From the NCBI GenBank assembly GCA_902541365.1, contig CACBQK010000001.1, forward strand, positions 165,851 to 229,850: DNA of 64,000 nt, given 5' to 3'. This DNA is from an uncultured SAR86 cluster bacterium. Lineage in GTDB: Bacteria > Pseudomonadota > Gammaproteobacteria > Magnimaribacterales > D2472. Positions 49,613-58,163 of this stretch are shown in pieces (the first letter of the stretch is position 1; each line of letters starts with the position of its first letter). The notes beneath the pieces are model-generated. The model worked only from the letters and a program-made list of their open reading frames with translations, did no database searches and was not told the DNA's origin. The position numbers and the translations under genes were made by a program.

Positions 49613-49888
49613 TTAATTTATACTTTTTTTAATTTTGTTAGAAGGTTTAAATTTAATTTTTTTTCTTGCTTTGATTTCAAATTTTTGAAGTGTTTTAGGA
49701 TTTCTTCCAATTCTTTTTGGTGTATCCTCGAAAGAAAAAGTACCGAAGTTGGCTAAATTAATATCTAATTTATGATTATCAATAACAAATTGAAAAAAAT
49801 TATTTACAAAAAAAAGGCTATCTTTTTGAGATAGCCTTAGTTTCTTAGATATGTTTGTTGCTAAGTCTTTCTTAGTAACGGAACTCAA
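49613..49888 (-). CDS. HU/IHF-family DNA-binding protein
   Basis: 91 aa, TTG start. KKDLATNISKKL...FGTFSFEDTPKRIGRNPKTLQKFEIKARKKIKFKPS is the HU/IHF beta-arm signature (GFGxF...R.GRNP.T). Confidence 0.8.
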   Translation of the reverse strand: MSSVTKKDLATNISKKLRLSQKDSLFFVNNFFQFVIDNHKLDINLANFGTFSFEDTPKRIGRNPKTLQKFEIKARKKIKFKPSNKIKKSIN

Positions 49889-51598
49889 TTATGTGCTAGT
49901 TCCTGTACCAGTTCCAGTTCCTGTACCAGTTCCAGTTCCAGTTCCAGTTCCAGTTCCAGTTCCAGTTCCTGTACTTGTACCTGTTCCAGTAGCTGGATCA
50001 TCATCGATACCACCTACATCATTTATAGTTACTGTTATGTCCTGAGTTGCAGAATTTCCTGAAGCATCTTCAGCTGTTACCGTGGCTGTATAAACACTCT
50101 TAGTTTCAAAATCAGGTGCTGTAACAAAGGATAATACTCCTGCTGATGTTATCTGAAGCTCTGTTCCTGAAACACCACTAAAGAAGCATCTAGCAGGATA
50201 ATCAAGATCACATTGAACATCACTAATTGTTACTGTTCCTACTGATGTTTGATTTTCGTCAGCGCTAAATGATGCAGATGAAGTGAATGTAGGAGCAACA
50301 GTATCGCTTACAGTTATAGTTCTTGTAGCTGTTCCAGCGTTACCTGAAGCATCAGTTGCAGTGTATGTAAGTGTATAAGAACCCTCTACATTTACGTTAA
50401 CTGAACCAGTTGTTACCACAGAAACTGATCCCAGTGAGTTACCTCCAGCATCTTGATCTTCTGCTGTAGCACCAAGATCATAATGAGAACCCTCTCCAAC
50501 TCTTACTAATTCTTCAACATTTCTTTGATCTGGATTAACAGTTACAACAGGAGCGATTGTATCTGTGACAGAGATTGTTCTCGAAGCTGTTCCTGCATTG
50601 CCAGAGGCATCAGTTGCAGTATAGGTTAGAGTATAGGTTCCTAGTGTTGTAACATCAACACTACCAGTTGTAACAACTGCTACTGATCCAAGGGAGTTAC
50701 CATTTGCATCAAAGTCTTCGGCTGTAGCTCCTAAATCAAAATGCTGACCTTGACCGGCAGCAACAAGTTCTTCAACATTTCTTTGACCAGGATTAATAGT
50801 AACTACTGGAGTAATAGTATCTTGGACGATTACAGTTCTCACTGCAGTTCCGGTATTACCAGATGAATCAGTTGATGAATATGTGATTGTGTAAGTTGCG
50901 GCAACTAATGTATCAACAGTTCCTGAAACAACAACACTGACTGCACCTGACAGATCAGAAGCTGTTGCACCTAACTCAGTGTAAGTTCCCCCTCTTTCTA
51001 AAGTAACATCTGAACCATTTAATGTAACTACGGGAGCGGTAGTATCAACAACGTTTACCGTTCTTGTTGCAGTGCTCGTATTACCTGCGTCATCAGTTGC
51101 AGAATAAGTGATGGTATAAGTTCCTACAGTACTTGTATCCACACTTCCAGTTGATGTTACAGTTTCGCCACCATCAGAAGTTGCTCCTGCATCAACATAG
51201 CTTGATCCAAGCTCTACTACTGCTGGATTATCACCATTAATAGTTATAACGGGAAAGACTGTATCTGGTGGAGTTGAATCGTCATCATTAACGACATCAT
51301 CAAGTAAAACAGCTCCAGTTAATATTAATAACTGCTCGATTATGGAAAGCTCCATCAATATGGCTGCTCTTGAGCCTCCCTGAGAGGTACCGTTAGGAGA
51401 ATCTCCCTCCTCCATTTCCTGCAATTCATTTTGCAAAAATAGCTGTCTTTCAATAAGCTCAGACTGTGAATAGCTTTGAAGTCTTGTAGTAATTTCTCTT
51501 ACTTCATCATTTGTGATCTCTATGGTTTCTTGGGCATATGTGCTAGAAACGAATGCAAGAGTTAAAAATAAAAATGGTATAGTTAAAAATTTGTTCAT
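49889..51598 (-). CDS. secreted surface/adhesin-like protein: coiled N-region, four Ig-like (DUF5011-type) repeats, one cadherin-like repeat, and a C-terminal Gly-Thr repeat tail
   Basis: Signal peptide ...VSSTYA/Q. The repeated module is D-T-x-(A/T)-P-V-(V/I)-T-(L/I/V)-N...LGATA.D...G(T/S)YT(I/L)TY(S/T)ATD.(S/A)GN...R(T)(V/I).V.D. Then FSADENQ...FETKSVYTATVTAEDASGNSATQDITVTINDV. Ends in (GT)n-ST. Strong SD (GGAG) upstream. Confidence 0.75.
   Translation of the reverse strand: MNKFLTIPFLFLTLAFVSSTYAQETIEITNDEVREITTRLQSYSQSELIERQLFLQNELQEMEEGDSPNGTSQGGSRAAILMELSIIEQLLILTGAVLLDDVVNDDDSTPPDTVFPVITINGDNPAVVELGSSYVDAGATSDGGETVTSTGSVDTSTVGTYTITYSATDDAGNTSTATRTVNVVDTTAPVVTLNGSDVTLERGGTYTELGATASDLSGAVSVVVSGTVDTLVAATYTITYSSTDSSGNTGTAVRTVIVQDTITPVVTINPGQRNVEELVAAGQGQHFDLGATAEDFDANGNSLGSVAVVTTGSVDVTTLGTYTLTYTATDASGNAGTASRTISVTDTIAPVVTVNPDQRNVEELVRVGEGSHYDLGATAEDQDAGGNSLGSVSVVTTGSVNVNVEGSYTLTYTATDASGNAGTATRTITVSDTVAPTFTSSASFSADENQTSVGTVTISDVQCDLDYPARCFFSGVSGTELQITSAGVLSFVTAPDFETKSVYTATVTAEDASGNSATQDITVTINDVGGIDDDPATGTGTSTGTGTGTGTGTGTGTGTGTGTGTGTST
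49898..49993 (-). repeat. hexanucleotide tandem repeat (AGTTCC/TGTACC units, about 16 units, including a perfect 7x AGTTCC run at 49928-49969) encoding the Gly-Thr tail
   Basis: Read directly from the sequence. The units stay in frame (6 nt = Gly-Thr). Confidence 0.9.
50303..50818 (-). repeat. tandem 258-bp (86-aa) duplication inside the surface-protein gene (Ig-like repeats 3 and 4)
   Basis: aa 261-346 and 347-432 are near-identical in pattern (T-I-x-PVVT(I/V)NP.QRNVEELV..G.G.H.DLGATAED.DA.GNSLGSV.VVTTGSV.V...G.YTLTYTATDASGNAGTA.RTI.V.D). The DNA copies have diverged at many third positions. Confidence 0.8.
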
Positions 51599-51815
51599 CA
51601 GTTACTCCTCTAAACACCGATTATGCACAAAATACCCAAATATGGCAATAAATCTTACTTTTTTTAGGCAACATATTTAGCTAAAAAAGTATTTGCCTAA
51701 GGTCCTCAAAATTGTGCTAATTTAAATGAAATTACTTGTTAATATTATACCCTTTATGTATGAAATATGTAAAAAAAAAATACACAAATTCTTTTTTACC
51801 TCAATTTCAAACTAG

Positions 51816-53753
51816 TTAATCATTTATTTTCCTAAATCTCACTACCAGGTCATGTAAGTTATTCCTTCTAACAAGTTTTTGTCCAGGATCCTTAGTTAAT
51901 GGTCTCCAACTATAATTAATAAGATCTCCAAATATTGGGATATTAAAATAAATTCCTTTATCAAATGAGCCTTCGCCAAATTGTTCACTTGAAACATCTG
52001 TGGATGTCGCAAAAAAGCCCAAAACTATTCCATTTTTGAATCTTCTAGAGAGATCTAAAGTGGATCCAACATCTCCTGCTAAATACTCACCATATGAAAT
52101 TTTTGCATCAAACGGAATAACGCCATAATTTCTATAATAAAAATTTACATGAGCAGTTGTATTACTATAATCAAGCAGTCCAAAATTAAGTTCATAATCT
52201 CTCTTCCTAGCATTAAATGCCTCAAACCCAATGGCATAATTTCTTTGATTCTCAAACCATAAATACTCAAAGCCTGCACCTACAAACATTTCTTCTAGAA
52301 TACCTGCCGTAAACATCAAGTGATGATTCTTTCTTGGCGTAAGAAAATAATCAAATTGAGCTCGACCAATAACAATATTGTCATCAAAATTATTTAAATA
52401 CTTTTTAACATCTGATCTAACCTGTGCAGGATATGTGTCCTCTGGAGGAATAAAGAGATCATCGAAATTACTCCATAGCGTGTACTTAAGGTTTGATGAA
52501 TAAGTCAAGCTGTCACTAAAAATATACTCATTATCATTTTCTAAGAGAATTGCGCCCTTCAAAAAACCCTCTCGAGCAGCCAAAAAAGGTCTAATCGCCA
52601 GCCTCGTTGATTGATTCCAGCCCCTAACATCTCCCCTTTTAAAGATAACTTTTGCTCCATCCTCAAAAGATTGATCAAAATTCTCAACAGCCTTAAGATT
52701 AACAATCTCATAATTTGTAATTACTTCCTCTTCAATATTATTTTCTGCTTTTGCAGTCATTATTATCTCTTCAATAATATCTAATGAGGGATGGCTAAAT
52801 TGAGTAACTTGGATACCTATCTTTCTATCTTTTTCAACGATCTGCTTAACTCCAATATCATTATTTTGGAGCGTATTCATAAAATTTATATATTTATTTT
52901 CAGTTCTATTTGAATCACTTAAAGTTTTATACTGATGCTTTGAAAAATCTTTTTCTGAATTCTTGTAAGAAAACTTCAAAGAAAAATAATTTCCTCTTTC
53001 AAAAGATAGACCAACAAGGAAATTATTTGAAATACTATAGTCCAACCCAAGACTAAATCCGTCTCTTGAATCGTCAAAACCTATTTTACCAGGGGTATTT
53101 ACAGGATCTCTCTCAAATTTTAATAGCAGATTGTCTCCTAACAAATAAGATAGACCAAAAAGGACCGTAGCCTCTTCATTTGAAAAATATTTTTCGATAT
53201 CTAGGCTCCCTCCAACTCCCAGATCTGGTGATCTGTTTTTAAAGCTATCATCGAAGTAGATTAAAGGATTTTTTAAATCTCTCTTTCCATTTAACTCACC
53301 CCATCCAAGGCCAAAATGAATATCCAAATTATTAATTCCATATGAGGCAATAACATACTCAGAACTGTAATATCCAGTGCCTGCTAGATCATTTATTCCA
53401 ATTGCAACTGCTGGAAAAATTCCCTCTTCTTTCAACCTAATTTTAAAATTAAAACCTTTGTCTTTATAATCTTGATACTCAAAACCTGGATAAGGCATTC
53501 CTTGTATGTTCATATAAAAAACAGATGCCTCTAACCAATTATATGGTGATGCTGTAAAAGTTGCTTTCTGATCAGGTTCGCCATCATAAAGCGTAAAACC
53601 ATATGAGCCCTCATTATAAAATCTTGCTGATGGTATATTTATCAAACCAACTGAGCCGTGATTATTAAATGTATTGGTGTTAAAACTATCTCCATTAATT
53701 TGAAGTGATATAAGTAGAAATACCCAAGCAAAGAGTTTTGAGCAGTCTAACAT
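51816..53753 (-). CDS. yjbH: YjbH/GfcD-family outer-membrane exopolysaccharide protein
   Basis: 645 aa with a signal peptide. GSVGLINIPSARFYNEGSYGF...YNWLEASVFY...FNFKIRLKEEGIFPAVAIGINDLAGTGYYSSEYVIAS aligns by eye with the E. coli YjbH N-terminal region. Confidence 0.75.
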   Translation of the reverse strand: MLDCSKLFAWVFLLISLQINGDSFNTNTFNNHGSVGLINIPSARFYNEGSYGFTLYDGEPDQKATFTASPYNWLEASVFYMNIQGMPYPGFEYQDYKDKGFNFKIRLKEEGIFPAVAIGINDLAGTGYYSSEYVIASYGINNLDIHFGLGWGELNGKRDLKNPLIYFDDSFKNRSPDLGVGGSLDIEKYFSNEEATVLFGLSYLLGDNLLLKFERDPVNTPGKIGFDDSRDGFSLGLDYSISNNFLVGLSFERGNYFSLKFSYKNSEKDFSKHQYKTLSDSNRTENKYINFMNTLQNNDIGVKQIVEKDRKIGIQVTQFSHPSLDIIEEIIMTAKAENNIEEEVITNYEIVNLKAVENFDQSFEDGAKVIFKRGDVRGWNQSTRLAIRPFLAAREGFLKGAILLENDNEYIFSDSLTYSSNLKYTLWSNFDDLFIPPEDTYPAQVRSDVKKYLNNFDDNIVIGRAQFDYFLTPRKNHHLMFTAGILEEMFVGAGFEYLWFENQRNYAIGFEAFNARKRDYELNFGLLDYSNTTAHVNFYYRNYGVIPFDAKISYGEYLAGDVGSTLDLSRRFKNGIVLGFFATSTDVSSEQFGEGSFDKGIYFNIPIFGDLINYSWRPLTKDPGQKLVRRNNLHDLVVRFRKIND

Positions 53754-53759
53754 TTTAGT

Positions 53760-55514
53760 TTAATCTTTAAGAACTGAGATCGAAGCCAGAGAAACACCTA
53801 TATTCCCAAGTATGGAAGCATATGCCTGTGCACTTTGTGTAAAGAAAAATGAGTTATTCATTTTTCTTGGAACATAAATAACAGAGCCTGGGTAGATCTT
53901 AAAGTCAGCACCTTGATTCATAAAAATGTTTCTCTTTACTTTAAATGAAGTCCCATCAGGACTTAGAATATAAACGTTCTTCTTGTCAGCAAATGAATTA
54001 AATCCACCTTTAGCGTCAATATAAAAGTCATATTTCTCATTTTCTGCATATCGGATCGTCCCAGTAGTTGAAACTTCACCAAAAACATAAACTTGATTAG
54101 TAATTTCTGGAATGGTTATAACGTCTCCGTCTTGCAAAATAATATCTATTTCAGGATTATTTCTGAGTTTTTCTATATCAAATTCTGCATTAACTCTTCC
54201 TGATGCTTCTGTATTTTTTAATTCGTTTAACATAAAACTAAAAAAACCGGTAGTATCCTCAGAAGCAGTCAGTCCTGCACTTTGTGTTATCAATGAAGAC
54301 ATCAAAGAGCTATAAACATCATCGATAATTTCTTGATTGATTTCTTTAGTTTTTTGATTTTCGAGCACTCCTGCAAATGGATATGCATTTTTTGTGTAGC
54401 CGCCAGCTCTATTTAGAAGTTCAAGTATACCATCGCCTTCCTGGAGAGTATAAACACCAGGATTTGAAACTGAGCCTTTTATTTCCACTGTCCTAAATGG
54501 ATATCTTCTAATAAAGAATTTATCATTATCCTTGACTGATATAGATGTAAATTGCTCTATATCCTTTATAAGTTTAATAACTATACTTCCATCTTGAACC
54601 CTTTCTCGTTTTATATCTTTTAAGTCTGCTTCAGAAGTTAACCCATTTGCAAAAAAAACTAAATCTGAAAAATTTTCATCATTTTTTAGCTCATAAATAC
54701 CTGGCCTTTTAACAGCCCCTGTAACAGAAGCAATATTGATAGAAGGACTTACAAATACCAAATCACCGGATCTAAGTCTAGAACCAAAACTTGGTTTGCC
54801 GTAAATAAATGTATCATATAGATCAACAACTTCCACAACTTCACCATCTCTTAAAAGCTTAATTTCTCTAAATGATCCAAATTCAGATGGTCCTCCCGAA
54901 ACGCTAAGGGCATGGAAAATATTAGAATTTCCATTCAGAGAGTATGGTCCTGGACTGAAAACATTACCAGCAACAACAACTTGTATATCTCTAACATTTA
55001 CGAGAGTAACAAATGCCTCTACTCCAATATATGAATCCTTAACCTTTTTTTTGATAAGTGATGATGCATCAGCAAGACTTAATCCTGAAATAAATACTTT
55101 ACCAAGTTCTGAAATACTAATTGATCCGTCACGCTCAACTTTCAATTTCTCAATTAGTGAGCGTTGTCCAATTAACTGTATTTCTACAACGTCTCCAAAA
55201 TCTAAAATATACTTTCCATCAAAATTTGGTTCATTTATAGGCATTAAAGTAGTTTGCATCAATTTGAAGACTTCAGTTCCAAAACGAAACACCTCATCTT
55301 CTTCTTCAATATCTTCTTCCTTAGGTATAAATGTAGATTCTCTTCTGTACTGAATCTCTTCATCGGACCTTTTCTTTTCAACCTGATCTAGAAGATCATT
55401 TCTGACATCCTCAGGTAAACTTTCTAAAAATTCTTGATCAAAGTCCTGGGAAAAAGAAAAAATTGGAAAAAACGCAATAATTAATATGAACTTTCTGAAA
55501 ATCTTATACATCAT
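53760..55514 (-). CDS. polysaccharide export protein (Wza/Poly_export + SLBB repeats)
   Basis: 584 aa with a signal peptide. Poly_export-like core YILDFGDVVEIQLIG and several SLBB-like repeats (V.V.G.V..PG.Y.L). Confidence 0.7.
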   Translation of the reverse strand: MMYKIFRKFILIIAFFPIFSFSQDFDQEFLESLPEDVRNDLLDQVEKKRSDEEIQYRRESTFIPKEEDIEEEDEVFRFGTEVFKLMQTTLMPINEPNFDGKYILDFGDVVEIQLIGQRSLIEKLKVERDGSISISELGKVFISGLSLADASSLIKKKVKDSYIGVEAFVTLVNVRDIQVVVAGNVFSPGPYSLNGNSNIFHALSVSGGPSEFGSFREIKLLRDGEVVEVVDLYDTFIYGKPSFGSRLRSGDLVFVSPSINIASVTGAVKRPGIYELKNDENFSDLVFFANGLTSEADLKDIKRERVQDGSIVIKLIKDIEQFTSISVKDNDKFFIRRYPFRTVEIKGSVSNPGVYTLQEGDGILELLNRAGGYTKNAYPFAGVLENQKTKEINQEIIDDVYSSLMSSLITQSAGLTASEDTTGFFSFMLNELKNTEASGRVNAEFDIEKLRNNPEIDIILQDGDVITIPEITNQVYVFGEVSTTGTIRYAENEKYDFYIDAKGGFNSFADKKNVYILSPDGTSFKVKRNIFMNQGADFKIYPGSVIYVPRKMNNSFFFTQSAQAYASILGNIGVSLASISVLKD

Positions 55515-55521
55515 TTTATGC

Positions 55522-57435
55522 TTAGTATCCTGGTACCTCTATTCCTCCAATTTCTAGAGTTGATTTTACTATATATTTTATTTTTTTATCTATTTCATGA
55601 TCCTCTAGGGTCTTTTTTTCTGACTGGAAAACAAAACGAAAAGCTACTTTGATGTTTGAGCTTTTATTATCTTTATAAAAATCAAATGAAAAAACTTCTT
55701 TTAATTCTTCAAAATCCAAGTTTTCAATAAACTCTTCTAATTCAACTATCTTAGATTCTTCTTTAAGAAGGAAAGAGATATCTCTATTCATTAAAGGAAA
55801 CTCAGATATTTTCTTATAAGTTCTTATAGGATCGCCTAGCTTCATCTTATCTAAAATTTTTTCATTAGTATTTACTCTGAGATTATTGAGCTCATATTCA
55901 AAAAAGAAAATCTTGTCTTTAAATTTTGCTTCAATTCTATCTCTATCAATCTCTAGTATTTTATCCGATACATCATCATGAAAAATCTCGTTTAGAATAT
56001 TTTTAAAATAAGGTTTATCAATCTTTTTATTAAATTCCTTGAAGTTCTTCCCCTCTCTTCCAGCAACGATAATCCCTAGCATTCTTTTTTCGACTATCTC
56101 TGAGCTTGTTTTTTCATAAATATTAGAAAATTCAAATAGTTTTATTGACTCTTTTTGCCTTCTCAAATTATAGTCAAGATTAATTAGTAATGACTCTAAA
56201 AGACTTGTTCTTAATGATTTTTTATTTGAGTCTAGGGGATTACTTACTTGGATGCAGCTTTCTGATGTTGAAAAAGAAAAAGGTTGGTTGATAACCTCAG
56301 AAAAGCCATTTCTTACAAAAAAGCTTTCTAAAACTTCTTCTTTTGAAATTTCTTTTTCTTTTTCTTGATGGCTTAGAATAAATTTCTTTTGCGGTATATT
56401 GTCGTATCCAATTACTCTTGCAAGTTCTTCTGCAATATCATTATTTGAAACAATATCATTTCTGTAGCTTGGAACTTTAATTGTTTTGTTGACTGAAAAG
56501 CCTAGCTTATTGAGAGTTGAATCAAACAAATCTTCTCCAATACTCATTCCCAAGATTCCTTCAATCTTATTAATATTTTTATTAATTTCTAGATTTTTGA
56601 ATTCCTGAAGATTATAGGAGTTCATTCCAATATCTTTAATTTCAGCATGATCATCAATAATTTGAATAAACTGCCTTAAAATCTTTTCATGACAATTTGG
56701 ATCAACACCTCTTTCAAATCTATATGATGCATCAGAGTTCAAATTATATTTCGTTGCTTTTCCAAGGATTGCTTCAGGGACAAAATATGCACATTCGATT
56801 AAAACCTTTTTTGTTTCTTTTGAACAGGATGAGCTTACTCCACCCATTATTCCTGATAAGTTTACTATTTCTCCATCACTCTTAAACACAAGATCGCCAC
56901 CTTCAATCTCAATGTCTTGATTAATGACAGTTTTAAAAATTTCTTTTTTATTTGATTTTTCAAGAGTAATGCCACTAGATACGGAATTATAGTCATAACA
57001 ATGGGTTGGCTGCCCTTCTCTATAGAGTAAGAAATTTGATACATCTGTAAAGAGATTTTTTTTATTTATGTTTAAATCTAAGAAATATGATTCAAGATAA
57101 TCTTTATAAAAAGGCTTTATGTTATCTATTTCTAGGTACAAAAAAGAAATATATGGGCATTCATGCTTTGCATTATTTTTAAAATTAAAGTTAAAGTTAT
57201 TAATTGGGCTATCAAAGGTTTTAGTTAACTTTTTCCTATCAAAGAAAACACCTAAGTCTCTTGAGAGGCCACTTAAAGATAAAGCATCACCTCGATTTGG
57301 AGTAAATTCAATATCAATAAAATTATTGCTTATCTCATTTTCATGACCTAATTGGATTAAGCATTCCGAAAAATCATCAATGGTTATTTTATCTTTAAAA
57401 TATTCTTGTAAATGTGGATAAAAAATTTTCATCAA
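55522..57435 (-). CDS. pheT: phenylalanine--tRNA ligase beta subunit, short form (no OB-fold tRNA_bind domain)
   Basis: 637 aa. The B1 N-terminus runs straight into IDIEFTPNRGDALSLSGLSRDLG. B3_4 region (DVSNFLLYREGQPTHCYD), B5, and a C-terminal FDX-ACB domain (FPLMNRDISFLL...). The start overlaps the pheS stop. Confidence 0.85.
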   Translation of the reverse strand: MMKIFYPHLQEYFKDKITIDDFSECLIQLGHENEISNNFIDIEFTPNRGDALSLSGLSRDLGVFFDRKKLTKTFDSPINNFNFNFKNNAKHECPYISFLYLEIDNIKPFYKDYLESYFLDLNINKKNLFTDVSNFLLYREGQPTHCYDYNSVSSGITLEKSNKKEIFKTVINQDIEIEGGDLVFKSDGEIVNLSGIMGGVSSSCSKETKKVLIECAYFVPEAILGKATKYNLNSDASYRFERGVDPNCHEKILRQFIQIIDDHAEIKDIGMNSYNLQEFKNLEINKNINKIEGILGMSIGEDLFDSTLNKLGFSVNKTIKVPSYRNDIVSNNDIAEELARVIGYDNIPQKKFILSHQEKEKEISKEEVLESFFVRNGFSEVINQPFSFSTSESCIQVSNPLDSNKKSLRTSLLESLLINLDYNLRRQKESIKLFEFSNIYEKTSSEIVEKRMLGIIVAGREGKNFKEFNKKIDKPYFKNILNEIFHDDVSDKILEIDRDRIEAKFKDKIFFFEYELNNLRVNTNEKILDKMKLGDPIRTYKKISEFPLMNRDISFLLKEESKIVELEEFIENLDFEELKEVFSFDFYKDNKSSNIKVAFRFVFQSEKKTLEDHEIDKKIKYIVKSTLEIGGIEVPGY

Positions 57436-58154
57436 AACTGAATAAGGAAATCTAGATTACTTTTATAGAAATCTCTAATATCACTTACTCCATATTTAAG
57501 CATTGCAATTCTTTCAACACCCAAGCCAAATGCAAAACCTGAAAAAATATTTGAATCAATATCGCAATTCTCAAGAACAACTGGATTTACAATCCCGCAA
57601 CCAAGAATCTCAAGCCAATCTCCTGAATCAGATAAAATATCAACTTCTGCAGATGGTTCTGTAAAAGGGAAGTATGATGGCCTAAATCTAATAGAAATAT
57701 CATCGCCAAATATTTCTGTCACTATATTTAATATAAGATCTTTTAACTCTCCAAAACTCACATTCTTACAAATGTGGATTCCCTCTATTTGATGGAACAT
57801 AGGCAAATGAGTTGAATCATCATCTTTTCGATATACTTTCCCAGCAGAAATAAAAGAAAATGGTGGTTTTCTAGTTTTCATTGCTCTGATCTGGACTGGA
57901 GATGTATGAGTTCTTAATAAATGATTTTTGCTATTTACATAGAATGTATCATGCATTTGCCTAGCAGGATGAGTTTTTTTAATATTCAAAAGGTCAAAAT
58001 TATATTCTTCTGTTTCTATTTCTGGTCCATCAATTATTTCAAAACCCAATCCAGATAAGAATACTGAAATTGAATCTTTGATTTGATTTATAGGATGGAG
58101 TGAGCCCAATTCACTCAAGATACTTGGCTCAAAGATATTATCTTTTGGAGGCAT
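57432..58154 (-). CDS. pheS: phenylalanine--tRNA ligase alpha subunit, short form (catalytic core only)
   Basis: 240 aa. THPARQMHDTFYV, FRPSYFPFTEPSAEVDI and GFAFGLGVERIAML are the class II motifs. An in-frame TAG lies 2 codons upstream of the ATG, so no N-terminal coiled coil can be encoded here. Confidence 0.85.
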   Translation of the reverse strand: MPPKDNIFEPSILSELGSLHPINQIKDSISVFLSGLGFEIIDGPEIETEEYNFDLLNIKKTHPARQMHDTFYVNSKNHLLRTHTSPVQIRAMKTRKPPFSFISAGKVYRKDDDSTHLPMFHQIEGIHICKNVSFGELKDLILNIVTEIFGDDISIRFRPSYFPFTEPSAEVDILSDSGDWLEILGCGIVNPVVLENCDIDSNIFSGFAFGLGVERIAMLKYGVSDIRDFYKSNLDFLIQF

Positions 58155-58163
58155 TATCTAAGA

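Noticed and set aside
49463-49756. N-terminal extension of the esterase ORF (to 49561) and the plus-strand ORF 49571-49756
   Set aside because: Both run through or start inside the tRNA-Pro gene or the HU-like gene. The esterase has a good internal ATG at 49462, and the 61-aa ORF is low-complexity antisense sequence.
49898-49993. Regular short repeats, considered as a possible CRISPR-like array
   Set aside because: The units are 6 nt and contiguous with no spacers, and they lie in frame inside a CDS. This is a coding microsatellite, not a CRISPR array.
49851-50045. Plus-strand ORF encoding (VP)n: MFVAKSFLVTELNYVLVPVPVPVPVPV...
   Set aside because: It is the antisense shadow of the hexanucleotide repeat that encodes the Gly-Thr tail of the minus-strand surface protein. 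It also overlaps the HU-like gene start and has no independent support.
51664-51700. Inverted repeat TTAGGCAA-N21-TTGCCTAA, considered as an intrinsic terminator of yjbH
   Set aside because: On the minus strand the hairpin is followed by an A-run, not a U-run, and it lies downstream of a likely promoter for the next gene. It is kept only as a possible leader or regulatory element.
49531-55514. tRNA-Pro as the attachment site of an integrated genomic island carrying the HU-like, adhesin and EPS genes
   Set aside because: I saw no integrase, no phage or transfer genes, and no direct repeat of the tRNA 3' end. The higher G+C of the adhesin gene is explained by its Gly/Thr/Ala/Val-rich composition.
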